Origin: Takakia lepidozioides
Taxonomy: Eukaryota; Plantae; Bryophyta
Assembly (NCBI GenBank): GCA_030704615.1
Contig: CM060733.1
Coordinates: 67,952,001 to 68,016,000 of the forward strand
Direction: 5' to 3'
DNA: 64,000 nucleotides
Of the stretch, positions 24,073-35,711 are shown piece by piece. The notes below the pieces were generated by a model. That model saw only the letters and a program-made list of their open reading frames with translations. It was not told the origin of the DNA and did no database searches. Made by a program: the position numbers and the translations under genes. Positions within the stretch are counted from its first letter, which is position 1, and each line of letters starts with the position of its first letter.

Positions 24073-24430
24073 TTGAGTGGACCGGCAGGCAAGAGATACC
24101 GGCCACTACGAGTCTTGTTGGACTCGGGAGCTCAGCCATTGATGCTGGGCAGAGCTGCTATTGTAGGCTTGGGCCTCACGATGGAGCCGTGCCCTTTCCA
24201 TATACAGACATTGTTGGGAGGATCAGAACAGGCTCGGGGCATGACACAACGTGAGTTGGCTATCAGACTACAGCCAGATCATCCTACAAATGGCTCAGTG
24301 ATGAGAGCCAAGGCCATTGTAACAGACGCGGTCTCGTACAATGTCATTGTTGGTGGGGCAGTGTTGTACCCCATGGGCTTCACCCTGGATTTTTGGGAGG
24401 AGTCAGCTTCCTATAGGCCTGCATGGCAGT
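24073..24430 (+). pseudogene. Retroviral-type aspartic protease
   Basis: RVLLDSGAQPLMLG ... YNVIVGGAVL. Confidence 0.85.
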
Positions 24431-24819
24431 CAGGGGAGGGTCGGCGTGTGCAGCTCCCCATGACGTTCATAGGAGGAGTTGTGGTTGCCCAGCAAGGTAA
24501 GATGCCAACACTGACAGCATTCACAGCTGCAGTGACTTGGCCTGGAGAGTTGTTGGATGGCAACACTCATTCAGAGGATGTGTCACCTCCGGCAGAGCAG
24601 GATGACATGTATGGTATGACGGAGTTGCCTGCCATGGTTGCTCACACTCCATTGTGGGCTCGAGCAAGGATTTGCAGCGGGTTGATGATCGACGTGTGCA
24701 ACAAGCCTGGGTAGAGACTTTTGTACCGTCAAGAGAGGAGGACAGTGCGGGGATTGCACCAGGACCACCTCAGTTGTCACCATTGGATACCACACCGATC
24801 GTGTGGCAGTGTCCGGATG

Positions 24820-25712
24820 AAGGCATTTGCCTTCTGGACTTGTTTAGCGGGATCAGCACCGGATTGGCTGCTGTTCTACAGGCAAGTGTCCGAGTTCACA
24901 TGTACCTGTATGTGGAGAGGGATGAGACTGCATGACGCATCTCACTCTGTCATGTTGCTCAGTTGGTGTAGCAGTACCCTGAGTTGTTGCCGGTGTCTGC
25001 GGTTCGTGGATATCAGCAGGCCTTGCCAGCAGACATCTCTTTGCTGGGGGCGCAGGATTTGGAGCGGGTTGGCTCCATTGATTTGGTAGTTGATTTGGTA
25101 GTGGCAGGTTGGCCCTGCCAAGGGCATTCATCAGCCGGGCATGGCAATGGATTGCGAGACTCGAGGCCGGGTCTGTTTTGGGAGATGGTCGGGTTTTGCG
25201 CCACTTACAGCTTCATCAGGCTGTATCTCCAGCATACATCTTGGAGAATGTGCCACTGATGGGCGATTCTCGGGCGAGGGTGATGGCCAGTGTGCATCAA
25301 GTCTGGTCGTGGCTTGGGTCAGCAGTGTTGCTGGATGCAGCTGCAGTGGGGTCACGGGCTCATCGTCCACGGTTATGGTGGACTAATTTGATGCCACCCG
25401 CACTGCTTAAGCGTGCATTTGATGGGGTGCAGCGGCCAGCACACCTCACACTGGATAGCATTTTGGACACAGGGAGGCAGTCTCAGGGTGTGAGACACGA
25501 TGACCGTCCGCCTTTGGCAGTGGTCAACAAGGTGGGTCGACCACGAGCAGCACTATCTACACTGCTCAGCTTCCCAGGATCACATGTTTTCCGGGCTAGT
25601 GGACCTGGCCTCCTGTGGGATGCTCAGTTGCAGCAGTTAGTGGAGCCTAATGCCGACGGGCGAGAGCGGGCTATGGGTTTTTCCATTGGGACCACGGCGG
25701 TGCCTTCTCTTT
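24820..25712 (+). pseudogene. DNA cytosine-5 methyltransferase domain (DNMT3-like), motifs I-IX, within pol of copy 1
   Basis: LLDLFSGIS (I, 24825); YVERD (II); DLVVAGWPCQGHS (IV, catalytic PC at 25113); GLRDSRPGLF (V); YILENV (VI, 25244); DAAAVGSRAHRPRLWWTNL (VIII); ERAMGF..G.T (IX). Confidence 0.92.
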
Positions 25713-26554
25713 CACTAGAAGCATTCGTGTCATTTACCACTGGGGTAACGACTCATTTTGAATCGTAAAAGTCAAAAAACTGGGATCGACTGGAAGTTAC
25801 AAACGACTAGTTACAACAGACATGGTAGTTGGGTTGGACATCCAATGATTGGAGTGGTAAAGGACGCACACGCGCGAACAACTGCTCAACAATTAATGCA
25901 ATTAATTCTGAAGAACCATGTGGCGTAACCAGGCGAGCCGCCCGTGTGTCTGACCTTTTGGGCTGACTTTGAATGCGGTGACACATGGACGCGGACGTGG
26001 ACGACGATGTGGACGCCAACGTGGCGGCGCCACGACGAGCAGTACTGCTGCCACGTGGCCACGGGCCCGGGGTGCCACGTGGTAGTAGACCACATAACTT
26101 GCAGTGCTACATGCCCAGTGGCAATTGCGACTGCGGAAGTTGGCGCAACCACTGCTTTACTACTTTAAATGAAGTGCTCAAAATTACTTGAACAATCATT
26201 CATAGTGATTCATGCTTTGAAGTTTTGGTGTTTGTAGTGAGTCGACTAGTACATACGCATGTAATGCCATACAAGAGAACTAATCATGCATTAGAAATGC
26301 ACAAACGATGAAAGACATGTCATGAAACAAAATGAAATGAAAATGAATGAAATGAAACAAAATGGTACTTTATTACATCTGCGGAAAGCTCAAAGAGCTT
26401 ATGGGACATCCGACAAAATGAAAAAAACAAAGTAAAAAAACAGCCCAAAAGCTACTGCTGCTCTGGGGATTGCCTAAGGGTCAAGGCCTCGTGCAAGTAA
26501 GCTGCCAAGCAGTTCTGATCCTCATAATGCAAGACTTCAGTGAGTTCCACAGAA

Positions 26555-27600
26555 TAGACCATCTACCCATGGAGGTTTCTTGTAGTTATTGATCCACAAG
26601 GAATCATAGGTAATCTTATGCTTGAAATTTGGCCCTCTAGGATGAATCTGGACCCACACTCTATCCATGCCCCTGCACAAATCATGCATTCATCCTTGCC
26701 TTGCTGCTAGGAGCTAACAATGACAGCCTAGATTTGTTCAGCTAGGAAACACCCAACTCAGCTTATCACACTAGTTCCTATGCTCAATTGCGTCTGCTAC
26801 AATGTAGCAGGCATTCACCTTTTTGCCTCGGTTGTCCCATCATTGACTGGGGGCAGAAAAGTATTCATTCCACAGCTTCTCCTCATGTCTGTTACTTGTT
26901 TTTTGATACTTTCCTGTTGTCACATAGTAGTATCATGTCAAAGTCACTCCAAACTAGATTCATTCAACTAGCTAACTTGCAGAATTCAACATGGAAATTT
27001 TGGGCCGATTCTGATAAGAGGGAAAAAAACGGGGTGAAATGTGCTGAAGAAGATGCTTTCATTAACAATGTTTGATTTTATCAATCGTGCCGTTGCTGCC
27101 AATTGACCATCTACCCATGCAAGTTTCTTGTAGCTGCATATTTAATCTGGAGCTTGAAGTCCGGCCCTCTTGGGTGAATCTGCACCCACACTCTATCTGC
27201 TCCTTCAGCTATCCATGCCTCGCACGAATCATGCATACAACCTTGCCTTGTTGCTAGCAGTTGACGATGACAGCCTAGACTTGTTCTAGGAAGCACCCAA
27301 CTCAACTTATCACACTAGTTCCTACGCTCAATTGCATCTGCTACTCTCTATAATCCAACAAACATTCACCTTCTTGCCTCGATTGTCCCACCACTGACTG
27401 GGGTCAGAAAAGTATTCATTCCACAACTTCTCCTCGTCTGTGTTACCTGTTTCTAATACTATCCTGTTGTCACATTGGCAGAATCATGTCAAAGTCACTC
27501 CAAACTATCAAAGCCTCACTCAACCAGCTAACTTGCAGAATTTAGACATGAATAATTAGGGACGATTCTGATAAGAGGGGAAAACAAGGTGAAATTGAAG
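26555..27600. repeat. Degenerate tandem duplication (~550-bp period) inside the Pack-CACTA; a related third segment lies at ~28400-28560
   Basis: GACCATCTACCCATG at ~26557 and ~27106; GCAGAAAAGTATTCATTCCAC-like and ATCATGTCAAAGTCACTCCAAACTA in both; TGAATCTGGACCCACACTCTATC recurs at ~28422. Confidence 0.75.
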
Positions 27601-28699
27601 AAGGTGCCTTCATTAGCAGTCATTAGCACATAACTATGAAAGCTATCAAAACATAATTGTTCTAAAGCCAGACATTTTAACACACGTTTATGGATGAAAC
27701 TCATGAAAAGCACTTTGCAAAACCACAAAACTTACAAAACACCTCTCAAACCAACCCAGTTCCAAACAACAAGAACCCTTCTAGATGATACACACTTTGT
27801 TTGCCATATCCAACGCATCATAATTAGTTGTCAGCCTTACATAAGCCTTCTCCAGTCCATCAGGCCTGTTGCACAAAATTGCAAGCCTAGAGGTAAGAAT
27901 ACATGTAATAAACACCCAAAGGGGAATAGTCCATGCTCTACCAAGCCAGCCTTGAGGTTCCATTCTAAGCTTGAGATTGCGACTTGACACAGCTAACAGC
28001 AATCATGTCAGTTGATTGAGTGTTCCTGAAGATCTTGAAAATAATCAATCATGGTAATCTCAGGTTGTCGCCCACACAGGGTGTGATGGTAACTCAGGCA
28101 GGGCTACTCCAAGCCTACATGACAAGTGGATTCTGTTTCAGAGTGAAAAGGATAGCGTAGCATTCTGGCAGGCAAAGAATTGGTATGCTCTTGAGAAAAC
28201 GAGCGGTATACTTTGTGAGGGGACTGTTTCTCATCCAAAGGCACTACAGCTTGTGGATGTACCATCATGCCTACCATGACAAAGAGGTGAGAATCTGTGA
28301 AAAGCCTCACGTCAGCCATGACGACAACATATTTAGTCCAGATCATACCTTATCAAAGTGTTAATCTTTTTTGTTTGGATGTCGATCGTACATCTTCTTC
28401 ACTTGAAATCCGGTCCTCTTATGAATCTGGACCCACACTCTATCCCTGGTCCTTCAGCTATCCACGCCTGTGTAGAAACCATGAATACATCTTCAGCCTT
28501 GCTGCTAGCAGCTGAAGCAGCTGACGCTGACGGCGTGAAGTTCTTCAAGGAAACACCCCAACCCTACCTACAGTAACGTCAAAATCACTACAAAACCACC
28601 ATAGATTCACCAACGAGCTTCTCCACATCTACGTTATCTGTTTTTGGATAATTCTTGCTGCCACATTGGCAATAACTCCAGGTTAGGCTTCAGGGCAAT

Positions 28700-30870
28700 G
28701 TTCAGGCTGACATCTAGTACATTTCCAGCTTTGACTATATCACCATGAACCAGTAAACAGATGCAAAGAGCAAAGGAGAATGTAGTTGCCCGATGTCTAA
28801 GCATCGCAGCTCCATGCATGTAAGCCCCCAAGCATTTCTGATCCTCGTAATGGGAGTAGACCTAGAGGGGGTTGTGTCCAAAACTGTAGAGGTTTGGTGC
28901 CCAAAGACTCTCCTTGAAAATGAGGTTAGACAAAAACTACCCTAGACTTGTTTTCAATCTATGACAAGAGCAAATACCCGATCTCATGATCTCAGCAAAC
29001 ACCGCTTTATAATGTCACCATGGACCTCATAATTGTCCTTTTCTAGGGATGCCAAGCTTGCACATACAATGTGCATTGCAAACACAAAGAAACCTGATGT
29101 GGTCAATGGGCTAAACACACCTTAATTCATGCACCATTTGCTTAGAAGTCTTCAAGGACTCCATCCCACTGTACATATCCTGCAATCATGGGCTCCATGA
29201 TCATACCACATTTCGTTCAGCCATATTGTTGAACACTCCCTTAATTGCATCCTTGATGCACCCACATTTGGCATACATGTACACGACATTGAGTTCATCA
29301 AATCCTACAACAGCCCACCATCGCTGCCCACTACTTACAAACTGCCACAAAAACAGTTTCATAGAACTTATAGATGATTGGTGGAAGGCAAGGCCCCTCG
29401 CCATGGGCCAGATTAATTGTATGTTGCAGCCCAGAACAACGACGGGAAGTCATCTAGGGCAGCAAACCCCATCTTGGCAGCATCTTTTGTGTGAGAGAAG
29501 TCAAGCTGAACCTGCTCATCATATCGAGTGGGATGGACCAGATGTAAAGCTGCCAAGCCAACCACACTCATATTCGCACTCAAGAAACATAAGCTGGAGC
29601 CATTTTCAGATTATGAGTACCCGTGTTTTAAGAATACTCCTTCTTCAACTTGCGGTGAACGGGCAGAAAACTTCACAATGTGCAGCAGATTAATGGACCA
29701 AGATGCGGAGCTGAATTGGGTATCTAGTTGGGCAATGCTGGTTTCAAATCCCTGCGTTTCAAAGATCTAGCTTGAATGGGCACACTCCGGCAGTGGAAGG
29801 CTCACGGAGTAATGAGTTTGGGCTGATATGCATGCTGACATGCCATGCCGGTGCAAAGAACAACGCTATGAGTGGTGATTGTGATCTCAAAATCTGCCCC
29901 TGCATTCAAGCTGATTTCTCTCTCGAGCAGAGCAACCTTGTGGATGTTCCACCCAGTGTCCAAAAACAGCTCAAGTGCAAGACAACAACATCAGCAAGGC
30001 ATGGTTAAGCAAGGTCATGGTGGAGAGGCATTTGAACTCTCTGAACGTAATATGGTCGGACTTCACCCCCTCCCACATCAACTGCTCATAGGTCTCCAAA
30101 CCTGCAATCCCCGCCCCTGTTGTGCATGTCCTGCGATCATCACTTTCCACGACACCACATTTCGCTCAGCCATTTTGTTGAACACTCCCTATCCAGAAGG
30201 GTATTGTTCATAATGACATCTACCACAATTCCAGCTTTGACGATGCAACCATGGACCTCTATGCCCTTCTCTAGCAGGCTCGCACATGCACTACAAACAC
30301 AAACAAACGTAATGTGCTCGGGCTTCACCCCCTAGACCGACATCATTTGCTCATAGGTCTCCAAAACCCGCAATCCCCGCCCATGTTGTGCATGTCCTGT
30401 GATCATCATGTTCCACCACACCACATTTCGCTCAGCCATATTGTTGAACACTCCTTGTCCACAAGAGAATGCTCCCATGTTTGGCATACATGTCGACAAG
30501 GTATTGTTACATCTGGTACAGTTCCAGCTTTGACGATGTCACGATGGACCTCTTTGCACTTTACCAGGTCTCCAAGTCTCCAGGGCTGCCAGGTTTGCAC
30601 ATGCATTGCAAACACAAATGAACGTGACCCGGTCAGGCTGCACCTCTTCTCGCAACATTTGCTCATATGTCTCCAATGCCCTCATCCCGCACACATGCTG
30701 GCCATATCTTGCGAGATTTAGCGTGTTCCATGAGACAACATCTCGTTCAACCATGTTATCAAACTCTCCCTTCGCAACTTCATAGGTCTCCAAAGCCTCC
30801 ATCCCACGTCCCTGCTGTGCATACCCTGCAAGCATCGCACTCCACGACACTACATCTCGGCAAAACAGGC
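28700..30870 (-). pseudogene. PLS-class pentatricopeptide repeat (PPR) gene fragments captured in the Pack-CACTA
   Basis: DVVSWSAMLAGYAQQGRGMEALETYE; FDNMVERDVVSWN; QPDRVTFICVCNAC; VHGCIVKAG..DV; MYAKCGCIKDA..VFNNMAERNVV; internal tandem duplications and deletions. Confidence 0.88.
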
Positions 30871-31715
30871 TGAAATAGCTCGAAGAAGAAGGTGCCCTCA
30901 CCACATTGTCCTCTACCTTGTGTCATGACCCATTGCGGATTAGACTGACCATGAACCCAAGAAGACCTCTTGTGCGTGCTGCTTGTATCTGTAGTCAGGT
31001 AATGTGGGATTGGTCCGTAAGAACCACCATGGTGCAGCTGAGCGGGCAGAGATTAAAGTATGGGCTGCTAAGACCAAGCTGATTCCCCCAAGAACCTTGT
31101 GATCATCAGGAAGAATACCAAATCATGGTACAAAGGGGAGCCAAGAGCCCACATTTTCACATAATGCGCCCCTGACGCCATAAACGCTTGCAACAACAGG
31201 ACATGGGCCTCGATTTGGTCTTCGTCCTTCTCGCATCACTTGCTTGACTCTCTCCCAAGCCTCCATCCCTCTCCCGACACTTTGACAAATTCAGGCAAAG
31301 GACAAAGTTACTCTTCCACCCTTAGATCATTTTACATCCGACGATTAGAACAATCTCTATGAGCCACACAAGCCCTAAAATACATTAAAATATTCCACGT
31401 CATGAGCCATGTGGAGCACTTATAAAAATTCCATTTTTGAATAGGGTGTGCAATGAATGCCTAGTTGTTAAGAGTCGTTCTCTAGTGCTTAAAACCACTT
31501 ATAATTGTTGTTTTAAAAAAAAACAATTTACGTAATTGAATTAAATCGTCGCGAATATTGCGCCGACTGCGGAGTCATTGATGCAACTTCTATCCGCCAT
31601 TAGAAATGCGAATTTATCCGTTACGACTGTGTAGTAGTAACAAACATCTCAAAGTTGTTCCCTCAGTGGTTTTGGACATGCAGTCAATTTGGAAAAGACA
31701 CGAATGCTTCTAGTG

Positions 31716-31810
31716 TTTCTGAGGCATCATGTCGTCAGGTGTTGGGGCAAGCGATGGATCTAAATTGCTTGACCTGGATTATCAGCTTGGCTATGGCTGA
31801 GCAACGTAGA
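31716..31810 (+). pseudogene. C-terminal motif X of the copy-1 methyltransferase
   Basis: SEASCRQVLGQAMDLN continues the frame broken at 25712; contiguous in copy 2 (VPSLSEASRRQVLGQTMD). Confidence 0.85.
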
Positions 31811-32288
31811 GTGCGGAGTGCACTTCCCTTGACGATCTCTCTGCCTATCGAGACGGTATAGGCAGAGAGTGGGGGCGAGCTGGTGAGGACCACGGGGTGT
31901 AGACATCCATGGCACACGTGGGAGGTGCTCGAGGTTGAGAGGGAGTTGGCAGCCAAGGTGGCTGTGATGGATGAGGTTGGGGATTCTTCTCGGGTTGAGG
32001 AGGTCCTCAAGGATGAGATGATGGGGCAGGATGAGGCCTTGTCATTGACGGAGCAGGCAGGGAGTACTGCTCATGAGGTTGCGGCATAGCAACCACGGGA
32101 CACGTCTCCTACCTCTAAGTCTGCTGGACTTAAGGTTGCATCTACGGAGGACAACTAGGAGCCTGACATTGGACCCATTGTCACCGGAGGAAAGAGACGA
32201 CGTATACGGCAGTTCCTGAGGGCTTACAGGAATTGCTTTGCCTTCAGTTTGAAGAACTTGGGAGCATTGAAGGGTCAGGAAATTCGTA

Positions 32289-33120
32289 TTGAGTTGGCCA
32301 CTGACACGTCAATCTTTTCGGAGACCCTATAGATACAGTGACATGGAGAGGTCTTTGATTCAGATGAGGACTCAAGATCTCTGGGAGGTTGGTTTGGTGG
32401 AGCTCTGTGGTGGAATGTATGCTTCAGCCACGGTGATGCCAGCCAAGAAGGATGTCTATGGCAATTGGACGGAGAGACATATGTGCGGTGATTACCGGCC
32501 TGTAAATCGTCAGACCAAGTCCGATAAGTATGCCATGCCCACACCGGAGGAGATCTTTGATGTCATTGGGCATGCCAAGGTCTTTAGCACTTTGGACTTG
32601 CGGTCCGGATATCACCAGTTGCCGATCAAAGAGGCGGACAAGCAGAAGACGACATTCTGGGGGATCAATGAGCACGGGAAGGATTGCCTATATCAGTGGC
32701 GGTTCTTACCATTCGGGCTTAAGAATGCTCCCGCAGAGTTCCAGAGAGTTATGGACAGGATTCTAGCAGGGGTAGACTTTGCTCGGTGCTACATAGATGA
32801 CATCATCATCTTTAGTGTTACGGTGGAGGAGCACGAGAGACACCTTCAGGTGGTGTTTGAGCGTTTGAGAGCGCACGGATTGAAATTACATTCGGGGAAG
32901 TGCAAGTTCTTCCACAACCAGATTGAGTATCTGGGCCACATGATATATCCTGGAGGATTGGGGGTGTAGCACACTAAGGTAAAGGCCATCGCACAGATTC
33001 CACGTCCCACGGATGTGAGCCGAGTTCGAGCTTTCATGGGGTTGGCAAACTACTATAGACGGTTTGTCAAGGGATTTAGTGCTATTGCAAAGGCTCTAAC
33101 CAATCTGATCAAGGTAGACC
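32289..33120 (+). pseudogene. Ty3/Gypsy reverse transcriptase (copy 1)
   Basis: CGDYRPVN; FSTLDLRSGYHQ; LPFGLKNAPAEFQRVM; YIDDII; KC.F..IEYLGH; premature TAG at 32967. Confidence 0.95.
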
Positions 33121-33176
33121 AGGAGTGGCAGTGAGAAGATGAGCAAGAGCGAGCTTTTCAGGAGCTCAAAGCGAGG

Positions 33177-34975
33177 TTGACCTCGGCGCCGATCTTGAGA
33201 CGACCTATCATGGGGCATGTCTTTCAAGTGCACACAGATTGGAGCATGCTGGGGCTTGGAGCGGTGCTCACACATGTGGATGATGAGGGAAGAGAGTTCG
33301 TAGTGGCTTATGCTAGCCGCTCGAACAACGTTGCAGAGTCTAAGTATAGCTCATATGAGGGGGAGTGCTTAGCTGCAGTGTGGGCCGTGGCACACTTCAG
33401 GTGCTATCTATACGACAATCTCTTCACCCTTGTCACGGATTACCAGCCACTCAAGTGGTTGATGGAGTCAGACAAGCTTACAGGGAAGCTTGCACGGTGG
33501 GCACTTATACTCCAAGAGTATGACTTTCAGGTTGTGCATCGACCGAGTTTGGTCAATCGGGATGCGGATGGATTGAGTCGCAATCCATGCACGAGCCAAC
33601 ATGATGACACTAGAGCTCGGTGGCATGGTGAGACGGATGAGGAGATGGTGCCGGGATGGCATGCATCTGCCTTTTTGTGTATCTTGGCATCGGGAGGTCA
33701 GGTTGGACCTACAACAGGGATGACTGTAGACGGAGTGTCTGAAGACCCTGAGGCTAGTGATGAGCCAGGTGGTGCCAGAGATATACATGAGGATTCGGTT
33801 GTATTGGACTATCTCCGCACTGGAGACACGACAACTAGTGTGATTGCCAATGAGAGGGGTCGGATTCTGCAACGAGCCAAGAGGTTCAAGTGGGAGGGGA
33901 TACACCTGCTTCGAGTGTGGGAGGATGGTCGGGTGAGGATCGTGCCTCACCCAACACAGCGTGCACGGTTAGTGCGGCATGCCCATGAGGAGTTGGGACA
34001 TTTTGGAGTGCGACGCACTCACAATTTACTGCAGGGGCAGTATTGGTGGCGTGGTATGCACACAGAGGTGCAACAGTTCGTGGCTAGGTGCATGGTGTGT
34101 GACAGGGTACGTGTTTCATTCAACGCCCCAACACCACAGTTGCATCCTTTACCCATCATGGGATTGGGCTACAGGTGGAGTCTTGACTTCGCAGGGCCGT
34201 TGCCATTGACGATGCGCCACCACAAATATGTGTTTGTGATGGTGGAGCACTTCTCCAAGTGGATTGAGTTGGTTCCATTGCCTGACAAGCTAGTGAGGGG
34301 GCTGCGTATGCATTCCTGGATCGTGTGCTTAGCCGATTCGGTGCTCCAGCTGAGGTACTTACGGACCAAGGGAGAGAGTTCTTGGGGGAGTTTTAGGCTT
34401 TGTGTGATAAAGTCTTGATAGACCACCGTACCACTTCTCGGGATCATCCTGAGGCCGATGGCTTGGCAGAGACAGTGGTTCAGATAGTGAAGATGGGTTT
34501 GCGCAAGTATGGCTTGCAAAAGGGACACCTAGGAGATTGGGATCTTCAGGTACCTTGGTTAGCCATGGGCTACAGGTTCAGCAAGCAAGCATCACTTACC
34601 TCATTCTCACCATATTTCCTTCTCTTTGGCCGAGAGCCGGATTTGCCTCCATCTATTCGCAGGGAGGCTGCAGTAGTCCTCAACCTTGATGATCCAGATG
34701 TGTGGACACAAACATGTGCCAAGCGGGCAGAGTTGTTCAAGAGAGTCATGCCTATGGCTTTTGAGAATCTTGCTATTGCCCGCCCAACACCGAGACACAT
34801 TGAGGTATGTCACTATACGTGGAGGGGGATATCGGCCAGGTGTTCGGCGTTTCCACCCTGGGGACTATGTGTATCTGCAGCAGACAGCGCCTACGACCTT
34901 GGATGTCACAGTAGGACGTGTGATTCTAAGGTCAGGGAGGTGTTGCCTTCAGGAGTCTTGATTCTGGAGGGTTGA
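33177..34975 (+). pseudogene. RNase H and integrase (HHCC and DDE core) of copy 1
   Basis: VHTDWS..GLGAVL; YSSYEGECLA; TDYQPLKW; KLARWAL.LQEY; HEELGHFG..C..C; WSLDFAGPLP; HPEADGLAE; SPY.LLFG. Confidence 0.93.
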
Positions 34976-35083
34976 GATGGCATGGTATGGAAGGACCATG
35001 TGCGTAATTGTGCGTCATGTTACCTTCCACATGTGGATGGGATGATAGATCTCACCCTTGCAATGGTACCTGCAGGGTTGCGT

Positions 35084-35227
35084 TGCATGCTATGTGGGCA
35101 TGCTCATGGTGCCGCCACTATGCTGGTGTGTGATCAATGCTCAAGAGGTTGGCACATGGGATGCTTGACACCACCTCTTGAGAGGGTTCCTGATGGAGAT
35201 TGGTTATGTCCACACTGCTTGGGATAG
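35084..35227 (+). pseudogene. PHD finger at the integrase C-terminus
   Basis: CMLC...MLVCDQCSRGWHMGCLTPPLERVPDGDWLCPHC is a canonical C4HC3 PHD finger. Confidence 0.95.
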
Positions 35228-35474
35228 TGACAGTGGATATGACTAGTGGCAGCTAACAAGACATGGGAGGCCAAGCTCATAGGAGTCAATACCCGAGATC
35301 TCAGGCTCAAGTTCGCAGGTTGCAAGACGGCGACTAACGATGGGGCAACTCTTGTACCCGGCCTCTTGATCTATCGAGTTTGAGTGTAGTAGGGACAGTG
35401 GTGGAGGACTTAGTGAGGCTATGGCCACTATCACATCTTGTGGCTACCTGGACTAAGAGGGACCTAAGCGCCAG

Positions 35475-35640
35475 CTAGGGGGGCGATTGTGATGGACTAG
35501 TGGCAGCCTAGTGATGGACTAGTGGCTGCACTAGTGGTGGCTAGTGGCAGCCTAGTGGTGGACTAGTGGCTGCACTAGTGGTGGCTAGTGGTTGTCTAGT
35601 GGCAGCCTAGTGGTGCACTAGTGGTGGACTAGTGATAGAC
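35475..35640 (+). repeat. Polypurine tract and start of the 3' LTR (TGTGATGG at 35488) made of CTAGTGG(T/C) tandem units; truncated
   Basis: CTAGGGGGGCGAT then TG; repeated CTAGTGGTGG and CTAGTGGCAGC units. Confidence 0.65.
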
Positions 35641-35711
35641 TAGTGTTTGGTGTGCACATTGTTGTGTGGTTTTGGACAATGATGTAGTTGTGTAGCGATA
35701 TATATGCGCAC

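Larger units (their letters stand above)
25713..31715. mobile_element. Non-autonomous Pack-CACTA element, 6003 bp
   Basis: Perfect 19-bp TIR CACTAGAAGCATTCGTGTC (25713) and GACACGAATGCTTCTAGTG (31697-31715); TTT on both flanks; removing it restores GTGCC.TCTCTTTCTGAGGCATCA as in copy 2 (~48148); no transposase motif seen inside. Confidence 0.95.
22278..35640 (+). mobile_element. Ty3/Gypsy retrotransposon copy 1: gag - protease - C5 DNA methyltransferase - RT - RNase H - integrase - PHD - PPT - partial 3' LTR; interrupted by a CACTA at 25713-31715
   Basis: Colinear domains listed below; many stops and frameshifts; 5' LTR not identified. Confidence 0.92.

Noticed and set aside
24820-25712. Host DNMT/DRM gene or bacterial restriction-modification methylase
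   Set aside because: Intronless, embedded between protease and RT in two copies, with no host regulatory domains or nuclease partner.
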